Source: an uncultured virus (IMG/VR IMGVR_UViG_3300025635_000023) (taxonomy: Duplodnaviria; Heunggongvirae; Uroviricota; Caudoviricetes). From it: DNA of 64,000 nt. A model generated the notes under the pieces. That model had not been told where the DNA came from and did not search any database. It saw only the letters and a program-made list of their open reading frames with translations. Made by a program: the position numbers and the translations under genes. Shown here in pieces: positions 44,869 to 55,200 of this stretch; position 1 is the first letter of the stretch, and every line of letters begins with the position of its first letter. The stretch lies in the IMG/VR virus record IMGVR_UViG_3300025635_000023. The stretch is one strand, 5' to 3'.

Positions 44869-45813
44869 ATGAATAAAGATGCTTTGTTAAAGTCTGTTGC
44901 TGAAGTAGCTAAGACTGCAGGTACTTCTCAATTAGGTAAGTCAGCGTTTGCTGAATTGTTGGTTCAACTTGTTGAGCCAAATCATTTGAGCTTAGACCTG
45001 TTTTCAACTTTTATGCCTGCAAGACAGGCTGATATGAACACGGTACCAATTAAGCGTGTTCGTCGTGGTAAGTATAACATTCAGTCAATGGTGCCCGGTA
45101 CGGCTCACCTTGTGTCGCAGCCAACTACGGTACATGATTATCACAGCTACGTATTTGACCGTCTTATCGGCGGTGTGCGTGAGAGTTTGTGGAATGTTCA
45201 GAACGGTGCTGTACAGACTGTAGATCAGATGCGTCAGCAGCTTCAGTTTGATCTTACTGATAATCTTGTTACACGCGTGTTTAATTTATTGACTTCAACT
45301 TGGAATTCAACTGACACGCCAAGCCATTATGCTCAGACTGCTGCGGTTACTGCTGCAACTCTGGACACGATGATCGAGAATGTGCTTTATACGGCTGGTA
45401 CAGTAAAAGCCATTATCGGTACGCGTAAATCGTTGTTGCCTATGTACAAGTTTGCTGGTTTCCATGAATACGCTTATGCCGACGGTAATGGCCGCATTGC
45501 CTACCCAGTTAACGAAAAGTTGCTGGAATACCTGAATACGAGTCGTGTTTCAGTTTATATGGGCGTTCCCGTCATTGAACTTCCGCAAGTATTCCGTAAT
45601 CAATTGCCGAACTTGCGCGAGGCATTGATCCCTGAAGACAAGATTATTGTCGTAGGTGATAACGCTGGTGAGATTCTTCTCTACGGTGGAACTGAGTACT
45701 ACGAATCAACCGACGCCACAATTCAACCACCTGATTACGTGCTCCACGCATGGATGCAATACGGTATGGTTGTTGATATGCCTGAGAATATCGGCGTTAT
45801 CAAAATCGTTTAA
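44869..45813 (+). CDS. Major capsid protein
   Basis: 314 aa, position after scaffold/decoration, YMGVPVIEL, C-terminal GMVVDMPENIGVIKIV. Confidence 0.75.
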   Translation: MNKDALLKSVAEVAKTAGTSQLGKSAFAELLVQLVEPNHLSLDLFSTFMPARQADMNTVPIKRVRRGKYNIQSMVPGTAHLVSQPTTVHDYHSYVFDRLIGGVRESLWNVQNGAVQTVDQMRQQLQFDLTDNLVTRVFNLLTSTWNSTDTPSHYAQTAAVTAATLDTMIENVLYTAGTVKAIIGTRKSLLPMYKFAGFHEYAYADGNGRIAYPVNEKLLEYLNTSRVSVYMGVPVIELPQVFRNQLPNLREALIPEDKIIVVGDNAGEILLYGGTEYYESTDATIQPPDYVLHAWMQYGMVVDMPENIGVIKIV

Positions 45814-45824
45814 GGAGTATACTA

Positions 45825-46337
45825 ATGGCACTTAACAACATTTATTTCAATCTGCAAGATAAAATTTACAAGCGATACACAAAAGTCCCGATCAACGTTG
45901 TTGGCGGATTACGTGTGGACCCGACGGATACACGTTTGCAGATTGGATGGGTACTGACAACGGGGGAAGATAGTTACGATTATTCTAGTAAAAAGCGTAC
46001 TAAATTTGTGTACGATGATGAAGTAATTGAGATTTATTCAGAGCCTGAGGATAAGTTATTTCGAAAATTAAATTCGGGGTTGTTTCGGTCTGGCTTACTT
46101 AAAGAGTACAACGAGGAATTTGAGCTAGTTGACTCACCAAACTTTGTAAATGATGGTGAAATTTTGCGCGTCATTGAGATTCGGTCGGTAGCTGAGTTTG
46201 AAGCGGCTCTAAAGAAATTTGATGCCGTCGCAACCCTTGAGCGGATTCATCAACAATTGATCGATCAAGGAAAGTCAGTGAAGAAAGTACAACTCGTAGA
46301 GGCGCGCCTAAAAGAGGTTCGCGATGTCGTGGACTGA
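45825..46337 (+). CDS. Hypothetical protein in head/neck cluster
   Basis: AAGGAG RBS, follows capsid. Confidence 0.6.
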   Translation: MALNNIYFNLQDKIYKRYTKVPINVVGGLRVDPTDTRLQIGWVLTTGEDSYDYSSKKRTKFVYDDEVIEIYSEPEDKLFRKLNSGLFRSGLLKEYNEEFELVDSPNFVNDGEILRVIEIRSVAEFEAALKKFDAVATLERIHQQLIDQGKSVKKVQLVEARLKEVRDVVD

Positions 46338-46698
46338 CCAAGCACTAAGTATTCGAAATGCCGCTGAATCATTTCTTGTTGATACGTGTACTATTAAAAA
46401 ATTTAACGGTTATGGCTCAGTAGACGGAGAGTACACTGAGTCATTTTCTGAAATAAGCAATGTTCCCTGCCGGTTGATCAATCGGCAGGGGTCAGTGCAA
46501 CAACAACCTGATTCGCAAGAAAGAGCACTTCAGTTACTTATCTCCACAAATACGATAAAAATTCAACTACCTTACGCGACAGAAATAACTGAAAGAGACA
46601 AAATTGTTTTTAACAGTGTAACTTATGACGTTACTTACGTCCCTGCAAAGCACAGTCTTATGGGCGCTTTTATCGTGCAAGTAGAGAAAAGAAAATGA
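46324..46698 (+). CDS. Head-closure protein
   Basis: DTCTI, VPCRL, LPYATEITERDKIV pattern typical of head-tail joining proteins. Confidence 0.65.
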   Translation: MSWTDQALSIRNAAESFLVDTCTIKKFNGYGSVDGEYTESFSEISNVPCRLINRQGSVQQQPDSQERALQLLISTNTIKIQLPYATEITERDKIVFNSVTYDVTYVPAKHSLMGAFIVQVEKRK

Positions 46699-47558
46699 AC
46701 GCTGTTAGTCGATTAAATAGTTTTATTATTTATTTTACAAACTTACCAAAAAACATAGAGATAGTTGTAAAAAATCAATTAGAGTTAAGTATAAGATACT
46801 ATTTAAATTCCTTAAGTTCGGAAGAAAAGTACAGAAAATTTAATCAAGTAACGAGTCAGATAACTAAACATTCTTCGTCAGCACAATCGAGTTTTCAATT
46901 TTACAACTCAAAAGAGATTTTGAACGGAGTTGTTAAACATCAAGTTGATGCCGACACTTTCGATGTACAATTAAAAAACGGTAAAGTAGAGCGAGTACGC
47001 ATTGCCGGCATTGACGCACCTGAAAAAAATACAGCCGCCGGACAACGAGCGGTTTACTCAAATCAAAAGTTCTTTTCCGGTTCTGCGGTTAATTCTAATG
47101 TCACGCTTTACTCAGAAGATAAATACGACAGATACAATCGAAAAATTGCTAGACTAGCGTTTAAAAATAATGACATCGCGGCCAGCATGGTCGAACGCGG
47201 TGATGCATTTAATAGCATTGCTACGGAAAATACTACACACGCAGAGAAAAATCTTTCTAGACAGGAAATTGAACTGCTGGAGATGTACATTCGTGATACT
47301 GCTGTAATGGAACTATTTAAATTATCGTACGACTTTACTGCTCAGATTACTAGTGAGCGTATAAAAGTTAACTCTGTACAGCAGATAGTAGATCAAGCAA
47401 TTGATCTTGCGATTGAAAATACCGACTCAGCATTAGGTAAAAGTTTAACTAACTTCACTAAACTAATTTCAATGTCTATTTATAAAAAATTTACAACTCA
47501 AATTGTAAAGCAGGTTAATACTGAAGTATCTGCGCTTGTTAATTCAATGTTTAAGTAG
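46695..47558 (+). CDS. Neck-cluster protein with thermonuclease (SNase) domain
   Basis: VDADTFDV, VRIAGIDAPE, DRYNRKIA, DIAASMVERGDA. Confidence 0.8.
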   Translation: MNAVSRLNSFIIYFTNLPKNIEIVVKNQLELSIRYYLNSLSSEEKYRKFNQVTSQITKHSSSAQSSFQFYNSKEILNGVVKHQVDADTFDVQLKNGKVERVRIAGIDAPEKNTAAGQRAVYSNQKFFSGSAVNSNVTLYSEDKYDRYNRKIARLAFKNNDIAASMVERGDAFNSIATENTTHAEKNLSRQEIELLEMYIRDTAVMELFKLSYDFTAQITSERIKVNSVQQIVDQAIDLAIENTDSALGKSLTNFTKLISMSIYKKFTTQIVKQVNTEVSALVNSMFK

Positions 47559-47565
47559 GAACTAC

Positions 47566-48000
47566 ATGATCGTAAATGCTCTTTTCCCTAACATCTGGCG
47601 CATTGTAGCTCGCGCTCTCACACAAGTCTCTGGTCAGTATGGAGGGAGGATCTACTACGAAGTTGCGCCTGCTCAAATATCTGCTCCATATTTAGTCTAC
47701 CAGATGGACCCAAGTCTAGGAAGTATTTATGGGATGTTGAATACGACTGCATGGAAAGGTATTATTACATTCCGCTCGCTATCGACTAGCCTTGCAGAAG
47801 CATCAGATAGCTTAGGTGATTTACTTAATAAGCTAAACTATCCAATCGTTGTAAGCGGTATACCTAATATTACGATTCCCTACGATGTTCAATTTTACCC
47901 TTACAAAAGTTATTCGTTCCCCGTGGAGCGTATAAATAACTCGGCAGTGTACACGTCTGCCGTTGGAGTTGAAACATACATCACTCCAAAATTAACGTGA
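47566..48000 (+). CDS. Putative tail terminator
   Basis: GRIYYEVAP...PYLVY; precedes tail tube. Confidence 0.6.
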   Translation: MIVNALFPNIWRIVARALTQVSGQYGGRIYYEVAPAQISAPYLVYQMDPSLGSIYGMLNTTAWKGIITFRSLSTSLAEASDSLGDLLNKLNYPIVVSGIPNITIPYDVQFYPYKSYSFPVERINNSAVYTSAVGVETYITPKLT

Positions 48001-48022
48001 AATTTTTTTAGGAGATTAACAC

Positions 48023-48454
48023 ATGTCTTTAGTAAAAGGTATTGAGGGTTACCTCAAGATTTACAACCCAACCACGTCTGGGTATGATAATGTCGATTTT
48101 GTGTCGCAGTGGCAGGCTTCACTTCGTACTAATCAGGTCGATGCCGGTCCCTTCCTTAATGATAATGGTAAGATGTACACGTTTACGACTACTAAGCGAA
48201 TCAACGGGTCATTCCAGATTACGCTCCCGCTAGATAATCGTACTACGCACACACGCTTGATTAATGTTTCAAATTCAGGTGAGTACATCGCAATTAAGTT
48301 GGTTGCTAAGAGTGGTTACACTATGACTGTTCCCTCAGCAATTCTTACTGGTTATCAGATCACCAATGCCGCAAATAACGAAGTTACCATGAGCTTTGAC
48401 TTTATGGATAACGGTGGGTTCACAGTGGCTCCAGCAGTTAACGGAGACTACTAA
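48023..48454 (+). CDS. Major tail tube protein
   Basis: 143 aa beta-rich ORF followed by a terminator and chaperone gene. Confidence 0.65.
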   Translation: MSLVKGIEGYLKIYNPTTSGYDNVDFVSQWQASLRTNQVDAGPFLNDNGKMYTFTTTKRINGSFQITLPLDNRTTHTRLINVSNSGEYIAIKLVAKSGYTMTVPSAILTGYQITNAANNEVTMSFDFMDNGGFTVAPAVNGDY

Positions 48455-48461
48455 GCAATGA

Positions 48462-48506
48462 ATAAACCCCCTCCACTTTAAAAATGGAGGGGGTTTATTT
48501 TTTTTT
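48462..48506 (+). terminator. Intrinsic terminator after tail tube
   Basis: ATAAACCCCCTCCA/TGGAGGGGGTTTAT plus T run. Confidence 0.8.
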
Positions 48507-48526
48507 AAATATGAAAGGAGTTCTAC

Positions 48527-48928
48527 ATGATTGATTACGCATTTGGTTCGGGAGAGTACTACGATAACGTAGATGATTTATTAAAGGATGATTCAATTCT
48601 AGAAGTAGACATCACCATCAAGGGTTTGAAAAAGCGGGTACGTATTCGTGCCTTATCTTTTTTGCAAATGGAGAAAATCAACCAACAGTCGTCTAAAAAC
48701 GGGGAGGTAGACAATATTGAGTTTACTGTAAATACCTTGGCAGAGGGCCTTGTTCGTCCTAAAATGAATACAGCGCAGGCGCGTAAGCTTTTGGAAGCCA
48801 ATGGGGAGGTTGTACGTGAAATCGCAGAAAACATTTGGACACTTGGAAAAATTAGCAAGGATATGTTCGATAAGTACATCGAGACATTACAAAAAGACGC
48901 CGACTTATCGGCCGACAAGTCGGAATAA
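48527..48928 (+). CDS. Tail assembly chaperone
   Basis: Between tail tube and tape measure; VRIRALS. Confidence 0.65.
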   Translation: MIDYAFGSGEYYDNVDDLLKDDSILEVDITIKGLKKRVRIRALSFLQMEKINQQSSKNGEVDNIEFTVNTLAEGLVRPKMNTAQARKLLEANGEVVREIAENIWTLGKISKDMFDKYIETLQKDADLSADKSE

Positions 48929-48980
48929 TGGTATTCATCTATTTTTACGCGTTGCTGAATCGACTAGGGAGGAATTAGGT

Positions 48981-49190
48981 ATGTGGGTAGATCATTTTTT
49001 ACTACCTACTCAATTCAGCGCGCTTCACGCGCAAAATTTAGCTATGTTAACGTACGCTCATTTAGCCATAATTATTGTGGCACGACTACGATCGTTAGAG
49101 GGAAGCGTGCGGCGTAAAGAAAAGTTACGTATTGAAAAAGAACGGCTGGAGCAACAAAAGGAGGCCGACTTACTAGAACAATTTTTATAG
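48981..49190 (+). CDS. Small ORF before tape measure (second chaperone-like)
   Basis: GGAGG RBS before ATG 48981; frame open from 48801. Confidence 0.45.
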   Translation: MWVDHFLLPTQFSALHAQNLAMLTYAHLAIIIVARLRSLEGSVRRKEKLRIEKERLEQQKEADLLEQFL

Positions 49191-49200
49191 GAGGTAGTAA

Positions 49201-52200
49201 ATGGCAGATGAAATACGCCAAGCGACAGAAGACTTAAAGTTAATGACGCAAGCAATTGAAGAATTATATGCAAAAGCGGAAAGTAAGCCGCAGATCACAC
49301 CGGTATTTCAAGAATTAGGTGGTAGAGAGGGTATTGCCCAGTATGCTGCTGCAAGTTCTGAAAATGCGGCGGATTATTTAAGTAGCTTAGAAGAAGTCCT
49401 TCAGAGACACAAAGATATTTACACAGTAGTACAAAACCAAATAAAAGTGTTAAGAGAGGCAACAGAGCAGGCCGCTGCGTTTTCCGCTGCGGTTACTCAG
49501 AGTACTGATAGTACATCGGCACCTTCTCAGAGACCTAGAAAAAAACAACGAGACAGTTCAGCAGGAGCTACTCGATCCGCCTCGTCTGCTTACACCACCT
49601 CTGATGCCGAAGCAATGCTACCAGTTGACCATAAAGATCCGCTTGGAGTAGCTTTTGTAGGAGGTGGGCGTCCACCGCTACGAAGTAGCGTAGGCAGTCG
49701 TCCTGCCCAAACAGAGACTGTTCAAAAAATTGTTGATTATGTTATTAAAAATCCGGATCTTTTTACTGCGACGGCTGACGTATACACTAAGGAAACTATC
49801 GAAATAATAAATCGTTTGATGTCGGGTGCGAGAGTTGCGTCACGAGGTGGCGCTGGTAGGCAGATTAACGCGCAGATAGTTTCAGATTTTGAAACACTTT
49901 TCCCGCAAGACACGGGCGCATCCTTTCCTGTATACAAGGCTACTGTAGGTGCGCGCCCGAAAGGCGTAAATTCAGCTCGACAGATTGTTGATTATGTTTT
50001 AAAACACCCAGAAATTTTTCGTGTTTCTACTGAGACGCATACTCAGGAAATTGTGGATGCTGCTGATGCTATGCTAGATGGTATGCAAAGGTATCACGCT
50101 GGCACTACTGATCGATCGACTAGTCGACAAATAGTTGCAAACTTTAATAAACTTTTTCCAAAAAATGCTTCTGCTACTTCAGAGCAAAGCTCAAGGAGCC
50201 AAATTGTAGTTGCAATTGAAACAGCACTAAAGCATTTAGGTATGGCTGAGGCACCTTCTGTGCAAAATTTAGGAGCAGCCAGTGATCAGTACATACTCGA
50301 TCTTTTGGAAGATCTTGTGGATCGTTTAGGAACCGTTGATCCTGCGACTGGTAAAGTTCAAACTGCTTCTATAGGTCGCGGAACATTAGTAAAAAAATTG
50401 GGGGTGCTTATCCCACGTTTGGGTAACATTATCAATAGAGCAGTTCGCGCTCAAGTTGTGCGCCCTGAAGATGTTGATAATTCAGACATGTTAGGTACGT
50501 CTTTACCGGCTGACCTAGAGTTTAGAATATCTCCAAACGCTCGAGATGATGATACGGGTGAGTCGTTATTTGCATTATTAGGTGCAAATGTATTTAGACC
50601 TCCGGGTAATGTAGGTGGTGGCACTCCCACCGCGGGTAAAAAAAGACACGATAATTACTCAGCTCGTGAATCATTAAGAACTTCTATACGTGGTGGTGCG
50701 AGTACAACTGCAAGGGACGACGGATCTGTTTTAACAGACATTGACCTTGCTCAAGGTGCACAAGTAACTGGGTATGATGCAGGTTCAGTGTACACGACAC
50801 CTGTTGCCGATTTAGTGCGTGAACGTATACGATCTCAACGGGAACAAGTTAATGAGGACATCGTTTCTGGAAGATTTAAAACTGTTACTATAAACGGTAG
50901 AGAGCAGAGAATTCCAGAAACATTGTACAATAGTTATCAAGACTCAATAAGAGCTGCGATAGCAATGAGCAAAGATACAACATTAGTTGGTCGTCGAGCT
51001 CAGACAGACAATTCGGGGTATGGTGGTATTTATGGAGCAGGCCCTAGTGTTTTAGAAAATGAAACTGTAAATTTACACGCTGCTGCTATGTTGAATCAGT
51101 ATTTAAACAATCCCGATCAGCCTATAACTTCAGCTTTAGATTACTCTTTTATGCAGCAGGTAGTCAAGCAGGAAGTTGGAGGGGAAAATATAACCCCAAC
51201 TCAAAATGCACTACGTTTATATGCTAATCGTATGCGAGAGGGATTTTACTTTCAGGCCGTTCAGAACATGCAACGTGCTGAAGATAGTCCCACTGAAGCA
51301 GCACGCGAAACGGCGAGAAAAAAAGCAGAGCAGTTACTACAACAAAGAAGATTAATAGATACTATTTTAAACGAGCAGACTACACCAGAACAAAGAGGCC
51401 AGATGCTCGGAGTTGCGGCCAGAACGCAGACCGGGAAAATTATTGAGGGTCAATACGCACCGCTAAGTGTAGATGCAGCGTTGACTCATATCTTTGGTAC
51501 TGACATCGCTGGAGTACCTGATTTTGAAGATGCTGCCCTTGGTATTCAAAACTATGCACAACAAACAACTCGTGAGTTATACGCTAAAGGTGTGGAACTT
51601 CCTGATACTTTGCCTAGAGGTATGCCTCCTCTAGGTGTTGATACAAAACCTAAAGCCACTTTAAACGCTGTGTTAGCTGCTGGTCGCAAAATTGTTGACA
51701 AGGAAGCAGGTAGAACTACAGGAATCAGTGCTGCTCAAAGAAAAAATAAGTACAATGAGGAGTACGATAGTAATGCTAGATATGCAGAGTCTCTTCTGAA
51801 ACAGGCGCAGAGTGACGATGAGCTGCAGAAAAAAACTGCATTAGAGACAATTGCAATATTTCGAGCAGTCGCCGCAATAAGAAGCTCAAATCCAGATAAA
51901 TGGATACAAACTGGGATTGTTGGCTCAGAAGAAGGTTTCGAAGGTGACAATCGTGCAAGAGCAGTTCAATACTTAAATTATATTGCATTAAAACGTCAAG
52001 TACAGCAAAATGACGGTAATAACACAAGTAGAGAGGCTGTAGCGGCTGCACAGCAATTAGCAGCCATTGAATTACAGCGACGTAGTGTGCAACAGCGTGC
52101 TGCCGGTATGGACATAAGACCTAATTTTCAATTTAATCCAGTAATGATGGAGAACTCGTTTAACCCGGTAAGCACCGACGCTAAAAATTTATTTCAAGGC

Positions 52201-55200
52201 ACAGTCTACAGTGGTCAAATAAAGATAGGTCGGCTTCAAAGTGATTTAGGGGAAGATCAGTATGAATCTGCTGTAGAACTTAATTCATTAGCTGATGCAG
52301 TTAATGATTTTTCTACTGAAGACTCTTCTGAACTAATCAAACGAATTGCGGAAGTAAATCGTCAAATTAATCAGTTGAATATACACGAGAATCCCTATGC
52401 TGACATATTACCTCAAAACATAAAAAATCCAACAGAACTACGTCAGTTACAAACAATTGCACAGAGTTTAATAGAACGAAGAAGTCTAATCGCACTTAAT
52501 GAAGAGCGCGATTTAGCAGGCTCGAAAATTTCATCTTTAAGTGAAGGCGCACAAACATTAGTTAGAGCTCAACAAGACGCGATGACCAGCGGTGCTGCTG
52601 ACAGGCAGAGAGCTAGTAGAGCACTTGCAGGTGCGCTTCCCGCTACTGAAGTTGAAACTCTAAAAAGCAGATTAAAAGAACTAAGAGCAAAGAAAACAAG
52701 AACGTCAGAAGAGCAGCGCGAACTTAATAATGTACGGCGTAGATTAGGTAAGAACACTATCGTAAATATGGCCGCTGACTCAAGATACGCTACTGCGACA
52801 GGTAAAGGAATACCGCAGTTGTTAGAGATTGCTTCTAAAATGCTAGATGATCCGGAAAAAATTGAAAGTGCCGCGACGCTTGTATCGCGGATTTCTAACT
52901 TATCCGATGATGAAGTAGCACTTTACAACAACGTAGATTTTAGTGACTATACTCAACGAAGTGGTGTTTTAGACACGCTGACAAATCGCACTACTAAAGG
53001 GCGAGAACGCTATAGAGATACATCGTCAATGGCTCAGACTGTTAGAAAACAACGAGTCGAACAGTACGCGTCAAGATTTCAAGACGCCGCCGCAAAAGTT
53101 AAAAAAGCCTCTCAAATCAAAAATATGCAAGAGCAATTAGATGCGTTGAGCGCTATCACACCAGATGAGTTTTCTCAAGCAGAAATATTTCAATACCTTA
53201 ATTCTGACGTAAGTCTTTCTGAAAAAGAAAAATTAATTGCAGAAATGAGGCAAAGAGACCGAGAAAGGGAAAGGCAGTCTCGCGAACAAAGCCAACGAAG
53301 TCAAGAAGCAAGTAGACAGTCGAATAAATTCAAGCCGGGTGCTAGACCACGACAACGACGGGGTGTCAGACCAAGCATTGACGTTAATCGGTCTAGACAA
53401 CAATCACTAGAAATGCAGCTTCCCGAACAAAGTGCCGAAATTGCAGAAAATCAAAGTTTGTTAGATAATCTCAAAGCAGTGCTTCGTTTAATAGATTTTC
53501 GAGATAAAAACGTTCAAAACTTAATGGAATATGATCCAGTCGTAACTATTGCCGAGGAGTCTACTCAAAAAGGTGATAGCCAATCGGGTAGAAAACAAAG
53601 AAATATAGGTGCTAGTATAAGACAAATTGCGGCAGACGCTTTTGCATTGTTATCCTCTGGGGTTAGATCGACACCTAAAGCTATTGTTAAAAACTTAAAA
53701 GGCACCGCTGCGGTTGCCGAAGCAGAAAGTAGGGGAGAGGGTGTTAGTACCCTTCGTAAGAAGGATGTGGGTGATGCTCATTACGGTAATCCTTTTACTT
53801 TACATAGTCCAAAGACTGGTGAGGTACGAGTAAAAACAGTAAAAGAAGCAGTGGATCGATACAAAGCGTGGTTAGCTGGTACAGCTGATCAAGACGTCAA
53901 GCAAGAACAGCGTAATTGGATTCTTTCTCAAATTGATGCAGGTGTTCTTGATGATCAAACACTTTTATACTACACTCAGTTAAAAGAACCTTCTCACGCC
54001 GATGCATTAGCTGAGTTTGTAAATGAGCGTCGTAAATCACCGGCGGTAGCTACCTCTGAACCAACGGTCTCTTCGGAGACTTCAACTGCGTTATCAGTCC
54101 CGAAACGTGTCCCACTTAGAACACGTCAGCAAAAATCTAATCGGCCGACTTTTACGCTTAGCGAAAGTCAGAGAATGAAAGCAAAAGCGGTAAATGAATC
54201 TAGAAAGGTAGAAGAAACGCAAAAAATTGAACAAACTGAAAAAGTAGCAGAATCCGAGCAAGCTCAGAAAGCTGAAAAAGCTAAGAAAGCAGAAGAAGCG
54301 AGAAAAGCAAAAAAAGCAGAGCAAATCAGACTTGCAGAACAAGCTAGACTTGCAGAACAAGCTAGACTTGCTGAAGAAGTTAAGTTAGCGCAGCAAGAGG
54401 ATCAAAGGGCGCGACTTCTTGACGAACAAGAGGAATCAGCTAAACAAGCTATAAAGTTAACCGGTGTTGAAGCATACGAGGCTTTGTTAATGGGGGATAC
54501 TGCAACTCAACAATTACAAGAACAAAAATCAATTGAGCAGGCAGATCGTACTCGACAAGCAGAAATACAAAAATCAAGAGATCGTCGTTCTGCAAGAGAA
54601 GCAAAAGCAAGTCAACCTCAAAAAGCTGAACGTAGAACAGCAAAAAGACAAATCACTCGAGAAGCACAAAAAGAAGCGCGTGCAGTAAGAATAGCTGAAG
54701 AAGCTAGGCTTGCTGAAGAAGTTAAAAAAACAGCTAACGTTGAAGCAAGTTACGCTTTAATGGAAGATAGCGCAATTCAAAAAGAACAATTGCAAGCAGA
54801 AGCAGAATTATATGCAATAGATGAAGAAGCGGCTATTAGACAAGCCGACGCTGAGTCAATAATAAGTTCATCTGTCAGAGGAAGCTCACGTAAATCTAAA
54901 ACAACTCTCGCCGCTGCTCCTTCCGCAAATTCACTGGTAGTGTTTAGTGGGTCTTCCGCTACAAATCCTTCTTCTATAGATGTTACACCGGCTCAACTAA
55001 CCCCGAGAAAACCCAGAACCGCTAAAACTCCAAAAACTTCTACGACTTCTTTGATTAATTTTTCCGGAGCGTCTGGCGCTGTTCAACCGTTGGCAGTTGT
55101 TCCTACATCAGTTCCAACGGCAACCGCAACTACACCACCGCCTACTACTGGAGGTATTACCGCACCCGGTGCGGCTATAGATGCACCTAACGCTACAATC

